From assembly GCA_041658765.1 (NCBI GenBank), contig JBAZZO010000006.1, forward strand, positions 37,947-101,946: a stretch of 64,000 nt of DNA, read 5' to 3'. The first letter of the stretch is position 1, and each line of letters opens with the position of its first letter. The stretch is from Coriobacteriia bacterium. Its GTDB lineage: Bacteria; Actinomycetota; Coriobacteriia; Anaerosomatales; JBAZZO01. The position numbers and the translations under genes were made by a program. Below, piece after piece: positions 46,258-55,089 of the stretch. The notes under the pieces are model-generated. The model worked only from the letters and a program-made list of their open reading frames with translations. It was not told where the DNA came from and made no database searches.

Positions 46258-47135
46258 CGTTGCGGGAAGCGCTGGAGTCCGGCGAGTTCGTCGTGACCTC
46301 CGAGGTCGGCCCGCCCAAGGGGACCGACATCTCGGAGATGCTCTCCGCCGCCGAGATGTTGCGCGGCCGCGTGCACGCGCTCAACGTCACCGACAACCAG
46401 GCGGCTGTCATGCGCCTGTGCACCTTGGCGGCCTGCGTCCATCTCAAGGAGCGCGGCTTCGATCCGGTGCTGCAGGTGACCTGTCGAGACCGCAACCGGC
46501 TAGCGATGCAGTCGGACCTTCTCGGCGCAGCCTCCTTCGGCATCACGAACGTGCTCGCGCTGACCGGCGATCACGTTGCTGTCGGGGATCATCCGCAGGC
46601 CAAGCCGGTCTTCGATCTCGAGTCCGTGCAGCTCCTGGAGGCGATCAGGGCGCTGCGGTCCGGTCACGACCTGGCCGGCAACGAGCTGCACGGCACGCCG
46701 GAGTTCTTCGCCGGCGCCGTCGTCACCCCTGACGCTCACCCGCTCGCGCCGCAGCTCGCCAAGTTCGAGAAGAAGGTGGCCGCCGGCGCGCGCTACTTCC
46801 AGACCCAGGCGGTCTACGACCCGGCGACGTTCCGCGGGTTCATGGAGTATGCGCACGGACTCGGCGCGAAGGTGCTCGCCGGCCTCGTCATCCTGCGCTC
46901 GGCGCGGATGGCACGCTTCATGACCAAGAACATCCCCGGCATCTCGGTGCCCCAGCCGCTCATCGACGAGCTCGATCGCGCGGAGGACCCCGTCGCCGTC
47001 GGCGTCGAGATAGCGGCCCGCTTCATCACTCAGACGCGCGATGTGTGCGACGGTGTCCACATGATGGCCGTGGGAGCCGAGCACCTCGTCCCCAGGGTGC
47101 TCGACGCGGCCGGGCTCGAAGGGGTGAGCACGTGA
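46254..47135 (+). CDS. metF: 5,10-methylenetetrahydrofolate reductase
   Basis: 293 aa. VTSEVGPPKG, ALNVTDNQ and the TIM-barrel MTHFR pattern are seen. Confidence 0.9.
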   Translation: MTLREALESGEFVVTSEVGPPKGTDISEMLSAAEMLRGRVHALNVTDNQAAVMRLCTLAACVHLKERGFDPVLQVTCRDRNRLAMQSDLLGAASFGITNVLALTGDHVAVGDHPQAKPVFDLESVQLLEAIRALRSGHDLAGNELHGTPEFFAGAVVTPDAHPLAPQLAKFEKKVAAGARYFQTQAVYDPATFRGFMEYAHGLGAKVLAGLVILRSARMARFMTKNIPGISVPQPLIDELDRAEDPVAVGVEIAARFITQTRDVCDGVHMMAVGAEHLVPRVLDAAGLEGVST

Positions 47136-47908
47136 AAGTAGCGGTCTCGGGCAAGGGCGGCGTCGGCAAGACCACACTCGCGGCGGGCCTCGCGCTGCTC
47201 TTCGCGGAGGCGGGCAGGCGGGTCATCGCCATCGATGCGGACCCCGACGCCAACCTCGCCATGGCCCTCGGCGCCACGCCCGAGGCCGCCGCGGCGTGCG
47301 TGCCGCTCGTCGAGGAGGACGAGCTCATCGAGGAGCGCACCGGCGCGGCCCCCGGCAGGGGCGGCATGTTCATCCTCGATCCCGACGTCTCCGACGTCGT
47401 CGAGCGCTGCGGCGTCACCTTCAACGGCGTGACCATGCTCAAGATGGGGACGGTGGAGCGCGGCGGTTCGGGATGCATGTGCTCGGAAGGCACCTTCCTC
47501 AAGGCGTTCATGCGCGATCTGCTCGTCGATCGTGACGATGTGGCCATCCTCGACATGGAGGCCGGCATCGAGCACCTCGGTCGCGGCACCGCCGAGGCGG
47601 TCGACGTGCTCATCGTGGTGATCGAGCCCGGCGGACGCTCGGTCCAGACGGCGCGCCAGGTCCGCGCGCTCGCGGCCGACATCGGCATCCGCGACGTCGT
47701 GGCGGTCGCGAACAAGGTCCGCGACGCCGACGATGCCGTGTTCGTGCGCGACGCGCTCGGCGACATCCCCCTGCTCGGCACGATGCCGCTGTGTGAGGGC
47801 GTCAGAGTCGCCGATCGCGAGGGGCGTCCTTCGTATCACGCCGACCCGGCCCTCGACGAAGCGCTGAGCGACATCGCGGGCGCGCTCGCGGCGCGGGTCG
47901 ACTGGTAG
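47132..47908 (+). CDS. cooC: CODH/ACS nickel-insertion accessory ATPase (CooC/AcsF family), copy 2
   Basis: GTG at 47132 overlaps the metF stop. SGKGGVGKTT and GSGCMC motifs are present. Confidence 0.85.
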   Translation: MKVAVSGKGGVGKTTLAAGLALLFAEAGRRVIAIDADPDANLAMALGATPEAAAACVPLVEEDELIEERTGAAPGRGGMFILDPDVSDVVERCGVTFNGVTMLKMGTVERGGSGCMCSEGTFLKAFMRDLLVDRDDVAILDMEAGIEHLGRGTAEAVDVLIVVIEPGGRSVQTARQVRALAADIGIRDVVAVANKVRDADDAVFVRDALGDIPLLGTMPLCEGVRVADREGRPSYHADPALDEALSDIAGALAARVDW

Positions 47909-47942
47909 CGGTCTCCAGCAACGATCAACGTCAGGAGGACAG

Positions 47943-48767
47943 ATGCTCGTCATCGGTGAGAAGGTCAACATCATGAGCAAGACCATCGGCCCTGCGATGC
48001 GTGAGCGCGACGAAGGGCCCGTGCGTGCCATGGCGCTCACCCAGGTGGAGGGCGGCGCCGACGTGCTCGACATCAACCTCGGCCCCGCCACCAGGGGCGG
48101 CCCCGAGATGATGGAGTGGGTCGTGAAGGTGGTGCAGGAAACGGTCCCCGAAACCCGTCTGTGTCTCGACACGATGAACCCCCAGGCGATGGAGGCGGGC
48201 CTGAGGGTCTGCAAGCTCCAGCCGATCATCAATTCGACGTCGGCCGAGCGTGCCCGTCTCGAGACGTACTTGCCGATGGCGAAGACCTACGAGGCCGAGA
48301 TCATCGGTCTGGCGATGACGGAGCACGGCGTCTCCCGCGACGCCAACGAGCGCATCGAGGCGGCCATGACGATCCTTGCCGCGATGATCGAGTTCGGCGT
48401 GCCGGCGGACCGCCTCTACCTCGACCCGCTCCTGCTCCCCGTGAGCGTGGCCCAGCAGCAGGCGCCCGAGGCGGCCGAGGCGATCGCCATGTTCGGTCAA
48501 CTCGACGAGCCGCCGCTGAAAACGACGGTCGGCCTCTCGAACATCTACAATGGCTGTCCGGAGCACGTGAAGTCGCCGCTGGCCGCGGCCCTGCTCGCGA
48601 TCATGATCCCCGCGGGCCTGACCTCGGCGATCATGGACCCCAACGACGAGCTCCAGATGATGGTCGCCCGCGCCGATCCGGCCGAACTCGAGCTGACCGA
48701 GTCGCTCGAGAAGTCGATGTCGGTGCTGCGGAACGAGACACTGTACTGCGACTCGTACCTGGACTAG
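47943..48767 (+). CDS. acsE: methyl-THF:corrinoid/iron-sulfur protein methyltransferase
   Basis: 274 aa with a pterin-binding barrel (IGEKVN..., DVLDINLGPA). Operon context supports the call. Confidence 0.9.
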   Translation: MLVIGEKVNIMSKTIGPAMRERDEGPVRAMALTQVEGGADVLDINLGPATRGGPEMMEWVVKVVQETVPETRLCLDTMNPQAMEAGLRVCKLQPIINSTSAERARLETYLPMAKTYEAEIIGLAMTEHGVSRDANERIEAAMTILAAMIEFGVPADRLYLDPLLLPVSVAQQQAPEAAEAIAMFGQLDEPPLKTTVGLSNIYNGCPEHVKSPLAAALLAIMIPAGLTSAIMDPNDELQMMVARADPAELELTESLEKSMSVLRNETLYCDSYLD

Positions 48768-48788
48768 CGAGAGGGCCCGGAGACGATC

Positions 48789-49292
48789 ATGGGTGAGTGC
48801 ACCTGCGCGACGGGGCGCGACGAGGGTTTCGACCCCGCGCTGCTCGATGCTGTGCTGGCGGAGCACGCCTCGACGGCCGACGCTCTCATCCCCCTGCTGC
48901 AGGCGACCCAGCGTGCGTACGGCTACCTGCCCGAGGACGCCATGCGGCGCATCGCCGTCGCGCTCGGCCGGCCGCTGTCGGCCGTCCTCGGAGTCGCGAC
49001 GTTCTACGCGCAGTTCCACCTCACGCCGCGCGGCCGGCGGATCGTGCGGGTGTGCCACGGCACCGCGTGTCACGTGAAGGGCGCGCTCGAGGTCACCGAG
49101 GCGCTCGTCGACGAGCTAGGTGTCGCCGTCGGCCGGACCGCCGACGACAGGAGCGTGACGCTCGAGTCCGTGGCGTGCGTGGGTTGCTGCGGCCTCGGCC
49201 CGATCGTCCTCGTCGACGACGAGCCGCACGGCGGTCTCGACGCCAAGAGCACGCGCAAGCTCGCCAAGAGCATCAAGCGGGGGAGGGACTGA
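48789..49292 (+). CDS. NuoE/HydC/FdsG-like [2Fe-2S] subunit
   Basis: 167 aa. The thioredoxin-like 2Fe-2S motif is VCHGTACHVKG...CVGCCGLGP. Confidence 0.85.
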   Translation: MGECTCATGRDEGFDPALLDAVLAEHASTADALIPLLQATQRAYGYLPEDAMRRIAVALGRPLSAVLGVATFYAQFHLTPRGRRIVRVCHGTACHVKGALEVTEALVDELGVAVGRTADDRSVTLESVACVGCCGLGPIVLVDDEPHGGLDAKSTRKLAKSIKRGRD

Positions 49293-51100
49293 TGTCGCCG
49301 ACCTCGAGCCGCGACCCCAGCGCCGTCATCCGCGTCTGCACGGGCTCCGGCTGCGTCATGAACGGCTCGTTGCGCTCGGCCGAGCGTCTCGAGGCCGCCA
49401 TCGCCGAGGCGGGCGCGAGCGAGAAGGTCCGCGTCGTGCGCACGGGCTGCCATGGCCTGTGCGAACTCGGCCCGATCACGGTGATCGATCCCGACCGCAT
49501 CTTCTATCCGAAGGTGACGGAGTCGAAGGCGGCCGCCATCGTCGACGCCCTGCTCGGCGGGGGCTCGCCGGTGACCGACTATCTCTACCGCGACACGGCG
49601 GACTCCGAGCCCGTGGAGCGCTACGAGGACATCCCGTTCAACCGGATCCAGCAGCGCATCGTGCTGAGGAACTGCGGCCTCGTCGACCCCGAGTCGATCG
49701 ACGACGCCGTCGGGCGCGGAGTCTACGAGGGCCTGCGGAAGGCACTGGCCGAGCTCTCGCCCGACGAGGTCATCGAGATCGTCCAGGGATCGGGTCTGCG
49801 CGGGCGCGGCGGCGCCGGCTTCTCCACTGGGATGAAGTGGCGTTTCACCCGCGACGCGGCCGGCGACCTCAAGTACGTGATCTGCAACGCGGACGAGGGC
49901 GACCCCGGCGCCTTCATGGACCGCTCCATCGCCGAAGGCGATCCGCATTCGGTCCTCGAGGGGCTCTCGATCGCGGCCTACGCCGTGGGCGCGAGCACCG
50001 GCTTCGTCTACGTGCGCGCCGAGTACCCGCTCGCGGTGAAGCGCATACGGAAGGCGATCGCCGACGCGCAGGAACGCGGACTCCTGGGGCAGAACGTGCT
50101 CGGCTCCGGCTTCTCCTTCCACCTGGAGGTGCGCGAGGGCGCCGGCGCGTTCGTGTGCGGCGAAGAGACGGCGCTCATGGCGTCGATCGAGGGCGGTCGC
50201 GGCATGCCGCGCTTCCGCCCGCCGTTCCCGGCGCAGTCCGGGCTGTGGGCGAAGCCCACGTGCATCAACAACGTGGAGACGCTCGCCAACGTGGGGTGGA
50301 TCGTCACCAACGGCGCCGACGCGTATTCGTCGATAGGCACCGGCACGAGCCACGGCACGAAGGTCTTCGCGCTCACCGGCCGGGTCCGGCGCACGGGTCT
50401 CGTCGAGGTGCCGATGGGCCGCACCGTCTCCGACCTCGTCTTCGAGGTGGGCGGCGGCTCCTCGTCGGCGAAGCCGATCAAGGCGGTCCAGATCGGAGGG
50501 CCTTCCGGCGGCTGCCTGCCGCTCGAGCTCTTCGACACCCCCATCGAGTACGATGCGCTCGCTGCCGCGGGCGCCGTGGTCGGGTCCGGCGGGATCGTGG
50601 TGGTCGACGACGGCACCTGCATGGTCGACCTCGCGCGCTACTTCCTCTCCTTCACCCAGGACGAGAGCTGCGGCAAGTGCGTCCCGTGCCGCATCGGCAC
50701 GAAGCGCATGCTCGAGCTCGTCACGCGCATCTGCGCGGGCGAGGGCGAGGAGGGCGACATCGAGAAGCTGGAGCGCCTCGCGAACGACGTGAAGGCGTCT
50801 TCCCTGTGCGGGCTGGGGCAGACCGCGCCCAACCCCGTGCTCACCACGCTGCGCTACTTCCGCCACGAGTTCGAGGAGCACATCCGCGAACACCGCTGTC
50901 GCGCCGGCGCGTGCAAGGTGCTCTCGACATTCGTCGTCGTCGCCGAAGCCTGCAGGGGGTGCGGCGTGTGCAAGAAGAACTGCCCGGTGTCGGCGATCTC
51001 CGGCCGGCTCAGGGAGGTCCACGAGATAGACTACGCGTTGTGCGTGAAGTGCGGGCAGTGCGAAGTCCACTGTCCGTTCGAGGCGATAGCACGCAGGTAG
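49292..51100 (+). CDS. NuoF/HydB/FdsB-like NAD(P)H-binding flavoprotein with extra N-terminal 2Fe-2S and C-terminal 2x[4Fe-4S] domains
   Basis: ATG at 49292 overlaps the upstream TGA. GLRGRGGAGFSTGMKW (FMN site), ESCGKCVPCRIG and C-terminal CRGCGVCKKNCP...CVKCGQCEVHCP are seen. Confidence 0.9.
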   Translation: MSPTSSRDPSAVIRVCTGSGCVMNGSLRSAERLEAAIAEAGASEKVRVVRTGCHGLCELGPITVIDPDRIFYPKVTESKAAAIVDALLGGGSPVTDYLYRDTADSEPVERYEDIPFNRIQQRIVLRNCGLVDPESIDDAVGRGVYEGLRKALAELSPDEVIEIVQGSGLRGRGGAGFSTGMKWRFTRDAAGDLKYVICNADEGDPGAFMDRSIAEGDPHSVLEGLSIAAYAVGASTGFVYVRAEYPLAVKRIRKAIADAQERGLLGQNVLGSGFSFHLEVREGAGAFVCGEETALMASIEGGRGMPRFRPPFPAQSGLWAKPTCINNVETLANVGWIVTNGADAYSSIGTGTSHGTKVFALTGRVRRTGLVEVPMGRTVSDLVFEVGGGSSSAKPIKAVQIGGPSGGCLPLELFDTPIEYDALAAAGAVVGSGGIVVVDDGTCMVDLARYFLSFTQDESCGKCVPCRIGTKRMLELVTRICAGEGEEGDIEKLERLANDVKASSLCGLGQTAPNPVLTTLRYFRHEFEEHIREHRCRAGACKVLSTFVVVAEACRGCGVCKKNCPVSAISGRLREVHEIDYALCVKCGQCEVHCPFEAIARR

Positions 51101-51142
51101 GTCCGGCCGGGTGGCCGAGCCTGTGAGAGTGAGGAGGACGGG

Positions 51143-51583
51143 ATGAAGGTCCGCGACATCATGACCCCGAGGGTGGTGTCCTGTCCGCCTTCGGCGACCG
51201 TCGCAGAGGCCGCGCGAGTGATGCGGGACGAGCGGGTCGGCTCGATCCTGGTCGTCGACGAGAAGGGCGTGCTCGTCGGGTTGCTCACCGACCGGCAGAT
51301 CACGCACGCCGTGGTGGCCGACGGGCTCGACCCCAAGACGGTCGCCGTCGACGAGTTCATGTTCACCGATTTCGTTCCTCTCGAGCCGGACATGGACCTG
51401 CTCACCGCCGTACGCCTGCAGAAGGAGCTCGCGATGCGCCGCCTCCCGGTGCTCGAGAACGGCGTGCCGGTGGGCATCATGTCGGTCTCCGACATCGCGG
51501 CGTTCGTGAAGGAGTGCATCGACGCGGTCCTCGTCGAGGGCGAGGTCCGCGTGCTCAGGCGCGCGGGCCGGAGCCACGGCTAG
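51143..51583 (+). CDS. CBS-pair domain protein
   Basis: 146 aa. It has two CBS motifs (VRDIMTPRVV..., GIMSVSDIA). Confidence 0.8.
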   Translation: MKVRDIMTPRVVSCPPSATVAEAARVMRDERVGSILVVDEKGVLVGLLTDRQITHAVVADGLDPKTVAVDEFMFTDFVPLEPDMDLLTAVRLQKELAMRRLPVLENGVPVGIMSVSDIAAFVKECIDAVLVEGEVRVLRRAGRSHG

Positions 51584-51601
51584 GGTCCGAGAGGGAGCAT
51601 C

Positions 51602-54319
51602 GTGAGCAAGCGGGTCGAGGAGAGGACGCTCGCGTTGACCGTCGACGGTCGCGCCGTCGGAGCGCGAGAAGGTTCGACGGTGCTCGAGGCGTGCTGCGAG
51701 GCGGGCGTCCACATCCCCACGCTCTGTCACGACCCGCGTCTCGCGCCCTTCGGCGCCTGCCGCCTGTGCGTGGTCGAGATCGAGGGCATGCGCGGCTACC
51801 CGACCTCGTGCACCACGATGGCCGCCGACGGCATGGTCGTCGCCACCGACACCGAGCGGTTGCGCCAGATGCGCACGACCATCATCGAGCTGCTCCTCTC
51901 CGACCACGACGTGGACTGTCTCACCTGCGAATCCAACGCCGCCTGCGGCTTGCAGGACCTCGCCTACGAGCTCGGTATCGAACACGAGCGCTACGGCGGC
52001 GACAGGCACGGCCCGCCCGCGCTCGGCGACGACCCGCTGATCGCCCGCGACTACTCCAAGTGCATCAGCTGCGGACGCTGCGTGCGCATCTGCGCCGAGG
52101 TGCAGGGATGCAGCGTCTACGGCTGGCAGGGTCGCGGTTTCGACTCGCTTCCCATGACGCCGTACGAGCTGCCGTTGGGCGAGTCGGGCTGCGAGTACTG
52201 CGGCCAGTGCGTCTCCACCTGCCCGGTGGGCGCGCTCACCGACCGCATCTCGCGCTTCGCCGGCCGCCCGTGGGAGACCGGGAAGGTGCGCACGATCTGC
52301 GGCTACTGCGGCGTGGGCTGCACCGTCGAGTACCGCGTGCGCGAAGGCCGCATCGTGGGTGCGAGCGCTCCGGTCGGCGTGGGCGTCAACGGCGGGAACC
52401 TCTGCGCGAAGGGGCGTTACGGTTGGAGCTTCGTCCACCACCCCGACCGCCTCACCGTGCCGCTCGTGCGCAAGGGCGGCGAGCTGGTCTCCTCGACGTG
52501 GGAGGAGGCCATCGGGCTCGTCGCGGCCGGTCTCGCCAAGGCGCGCGACGCCCACGGCCCGGACGCGGTAGGCGGCCTCGCGAGCGCCAAGTGCTCCAAC
52601 GAGGAGAACTACCTCTTCCAGAAGCTGCTGCGCGCGGGTATCGGCACGCATAACGTCGACCACTGCGCCCGCCTTTGACACAGCTCCACGGTGGCCGGTC
52701 TGGCCGCCACCTTCGGGAGCGGGGCGATGACGAACTCGATCGGCGATCTCGGCGAGGCCGACGTCATGCTCGTCGTCGGCTCCAACACCACCGAGGCGCA
52801 CCCGATCATCGGTATCGAGCTCAAGCGCGCCGCCGCGCGCGGGACGCGCATCGTCGTGATCGACCCGCGGCGCATCGCGCTCGTCGATCACGCCCGGAGT
52901 TGGCTGCGAATCCGCCCGGGCACGAACGTCGCGCTCTTCAACGCGATGGCGAAGGTCATCGTCGAAGAGGGTCTCGCCGACTCCGTCTTCATCGAGGCGC
53001 GCACCGAGGGTTTCGACGAGTTCGCGGCGCATGTCGCCTCCGTCGACCTCGACGAGGCGGCCGCGCTCACGAGCATCGGCGCAGACGCCATCCGCGAGGT
53101 CTCCCGCGCCTACGCGAACGCCGAGCGCAGCTCGATCGTCTACTGCATGGGCGTCACACAGCACACGTCGGGCACCGCGCAGGTGCGCGCTCTCGCCAAC
53201 CTCGCGCTGCTCTGTGGCCACATCGGCAAGCCCGGCACCGGCGTGAACCCGTTGCGCGGCCAGAGCAACGTGCAGGGCGCGTGCGACCTCGCGTGCCTGC
53301 CGAACTGCCTGCCGGGCTACCAGCCGCTCACCGATAAGAACGCGCTCGACCGCGTCTGCGACCTCTGGGAGAGCGAGCGCGAGCTGTCGACCGAGGCGGG
53401 ACTCACCGTGGTCGAGATGATCGACGCCGCCGCGCGCGGCGAGCTCAAGGCGCTCTACGTCATGGGAGAGAACCCGGTGCTCTCCGACCCCGACCAGGCG
53501 CACGTGGTCGAGGCGCTGGAGAACCTCGACTTCCTCGTGGTGCAGGACATCTTCCTCACGGAGACCGGCAGGCTCGCCGACGTCGTGCTCCCCGCCGCTA
53601 CGTTCCTCGAGAAGGACGGCACCTACACCAACACCGAGCGCCGCGTCCAGCTGGGACGGAAGGTCGTCGATCCGCCGGGCGAGGCGAAGACCGACTTCGA
53701 GATCGTCACGCTCGTCGCGAACGCGATGGGACTCGCGTGGGGCGAGGAGAGCCCCGAGGACGTGATGACCGAGATGGCCGCCGTCACCCCGCAGTACGGC
53801 GGCATCACCCATCGCCGCCTCGAGGAGGATGGCGGCCTGCAGTGGCCGTGCCCCGACGTCTCGCACCCCGGCACCCCGGTGCTCTACGCCGACGGCTTCC
53901 CGCGCGGCCGCGCCGCATTCGCCGTCGTCGACGACGAGCCGCCCGCCGAGCTGCCCGACGCACAGTTCCCGCTGGTGCTCTCGACGGGACGCCACCTGTG
54001 GAACTTCCACACCAACACGATGACGGGCCGCAGCGCCGGGCTCGCCGATCTCAACGCCGGGGGCTACGTGGAGATATCGCCCGAGGACGCCGAGTCGTTG
54101 TGCCTGTGCGAAGGGGACCGGGCCGAGGTGACGAGCAGGCGCGGCGCGTGCGTAGCGAGCGTGCGGATCGCTGTCGGGCTCGAGCCCGGCGTGGTGTTCA
54201 TGCCGTTCCATTTCGCCGACGCGCCGGCCAACCGCCTCACCAGCGGGGCCGTTCTCGACCCGATCTCGAAGATGCCCGGTCTCAAGACCACGCCGGTGCG
54301 GGTCTCGCGCGTCGAGTGA
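51602..54319 (+). CDS. fdhA: formate dehydrogenase alpha subunit, selenocysteine-containing (TGA 52676-52678 read as Sec), with NuoG-like N-terminal Fe-S domains
   Basis: Track ORFs 51602-52678 and 52691-54319 are in the same frame. The junction reads [30 protein letters not shown], the Sec/Cys-His active-site motif of Mo/W formate dehydrogenases. The N-terminus has 2Fe-2S plus 4Fe-4S motifs. Confidence 0.85.
52690..52711 (+). promoter_or_regulatory. SECIS-like hairpin downstream of the UGA
   Basis: GGUGGC-CGGUCUGGCC-GCCACC has a 6-bp outer stem starting 11 nt after the UGA. The inner part contains GGUC, as in bacterial SECIS apical regions. Folded by eye only. Confidence 0.55.
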
Positions 54320-54344
54320 GGCAACCGGGCGGGTCGGATCGCTG

Positions 54345-54770
54345 TCACTTGTCGCCCTCGGTGCGCCTGGACCGCCACTCTTCCATGAAACCGCTTGGGG
54401 ATACCACGAGCACGCCTTCGCGAGCGCCAGTCGGGAAGTGCGCGAGGTTGCCGGTCACCAGGTAGTCCGCATGGCTGGCCAGCGCGATCTCCAGGAACGG
54501 TTCGTCGTCCGGGTCCGGCAGTCGTGTCGAGAGCGATGAGGCGGCGAAGACGTCACCGCGGAAGTCGATGTAGTCCAGTAGGGCGGCGACCGCGTCCGGA
54601 TCGAATGCGAACCTGGGTCGTAGCAGCACGGTTTCGTATTCCGCAAGGACTCTGGCATCGAGGCACAGGGTCACGGCCCCTGACGACACCATGCGGACGA
54701 TCTCTCCGGGAGGTCCGAAGGGTGACAGAAGACCCGAGACGAGCACGTTCGTGTCGAGGACGATCCTCAC
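54345..54770 (-). CDS. PIN-domain toxin (VapC-like)
   Basis: 141 aa. MRIVLDTNVLVSGLL... and acidic residues are at PIN positions. 4-nt overlap with the upstream antitoxin gene. Confidence 0.8.
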   Translation of the reverse strand: MRIVLDTNVLVSGLLSPFGPPGEIVRMVSSGAVTLCLDARVLAEYETVLLRPRFAFDPDAVAALLDYIDFRGDVFAASSLSTRLPDPDDEPFLEIALASHADYLVTGNLAHFPTGAREGVLVVSPSGFMEEWRSRRTEGDK

Positions 54771-55054
54771 CGCTTGCGCGCTTGCCGAACCGCGGCGATC
54801 TCAGCGCTGATGTCGCTCGTCGACAGCTCGTCCATGCCAGTGGAAGTAGCGCGCCGCTGGAGAGAGGCGACCGCGTCCACGGCTCGGGCCTGTCGGAACG
54901 CGGCGAGGGACTCCTCGAGGTTCGACTCGCTGACGGCGGCGAGGATGGCGACGGGGCGACCGTTGCTGGTGATGACCATCTCACGCTCATCGGGCAGATC
55001 ACGCCAGACCTCGGCGGACTTGCCACGCAGATCGCGAACGCTGACGAATCTCAT
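54767..55054 (-). CDS. type II antitoxin (Phd/YefM-like) partner of the PIN toxin
   Basis: ATG at 55054 follows GGAGG. MRFVSVRDLRGKSAEVWRDL...VITSNGRPVAIL is the Phd/YefM-type N-terminus. Confidence 0.7.
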   Translation of the reverse strand: MRFVSVRDLRGKSAEVWRDLPDEREMVITSNGRPVAILAAVSESNLEESLAAFRQARAVDAVASLQRRATSTGMDELSTSDISAEIAAVRQARKR

Positions 55055-55079
55055 GGCGTACCTCCAATCGTGACCCAAG

Positions 55080-55089
55080 TGTGTACACA
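55080..55089. promoter_or_regulatory. perfect 10-bp palindrome TGTGTACACA upstream of the antitoxin gene (candidate operator)
   Basis: Read from the sequence, 26 nt upstream of the antitoxin start. Type II TA operons are commonly autoregulated through palindromes. Confidence 0.3.

Noticed and set aside
52679-52690. Apparent gap suggesting two separate FDH genes or a pseudogene
   Set aside because: The two ORFs are in the same frame with a single TGA at the catalytic Sec/Cys position and a SECIS-like hairpin, so recoding is the simpler reading.
49070-54211. 1713-aa ORF on the minus strand, the longest in the track
   Set aside because: It lies exactly antisense to the NuoF-like, CBS and FdhA genes, which have unmistakable family motifs. 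Its product is Arg/Asp/His/Gly-rich with no recognisable domain. Long stop-free antisense frames are expected in very GC-rich DNA.
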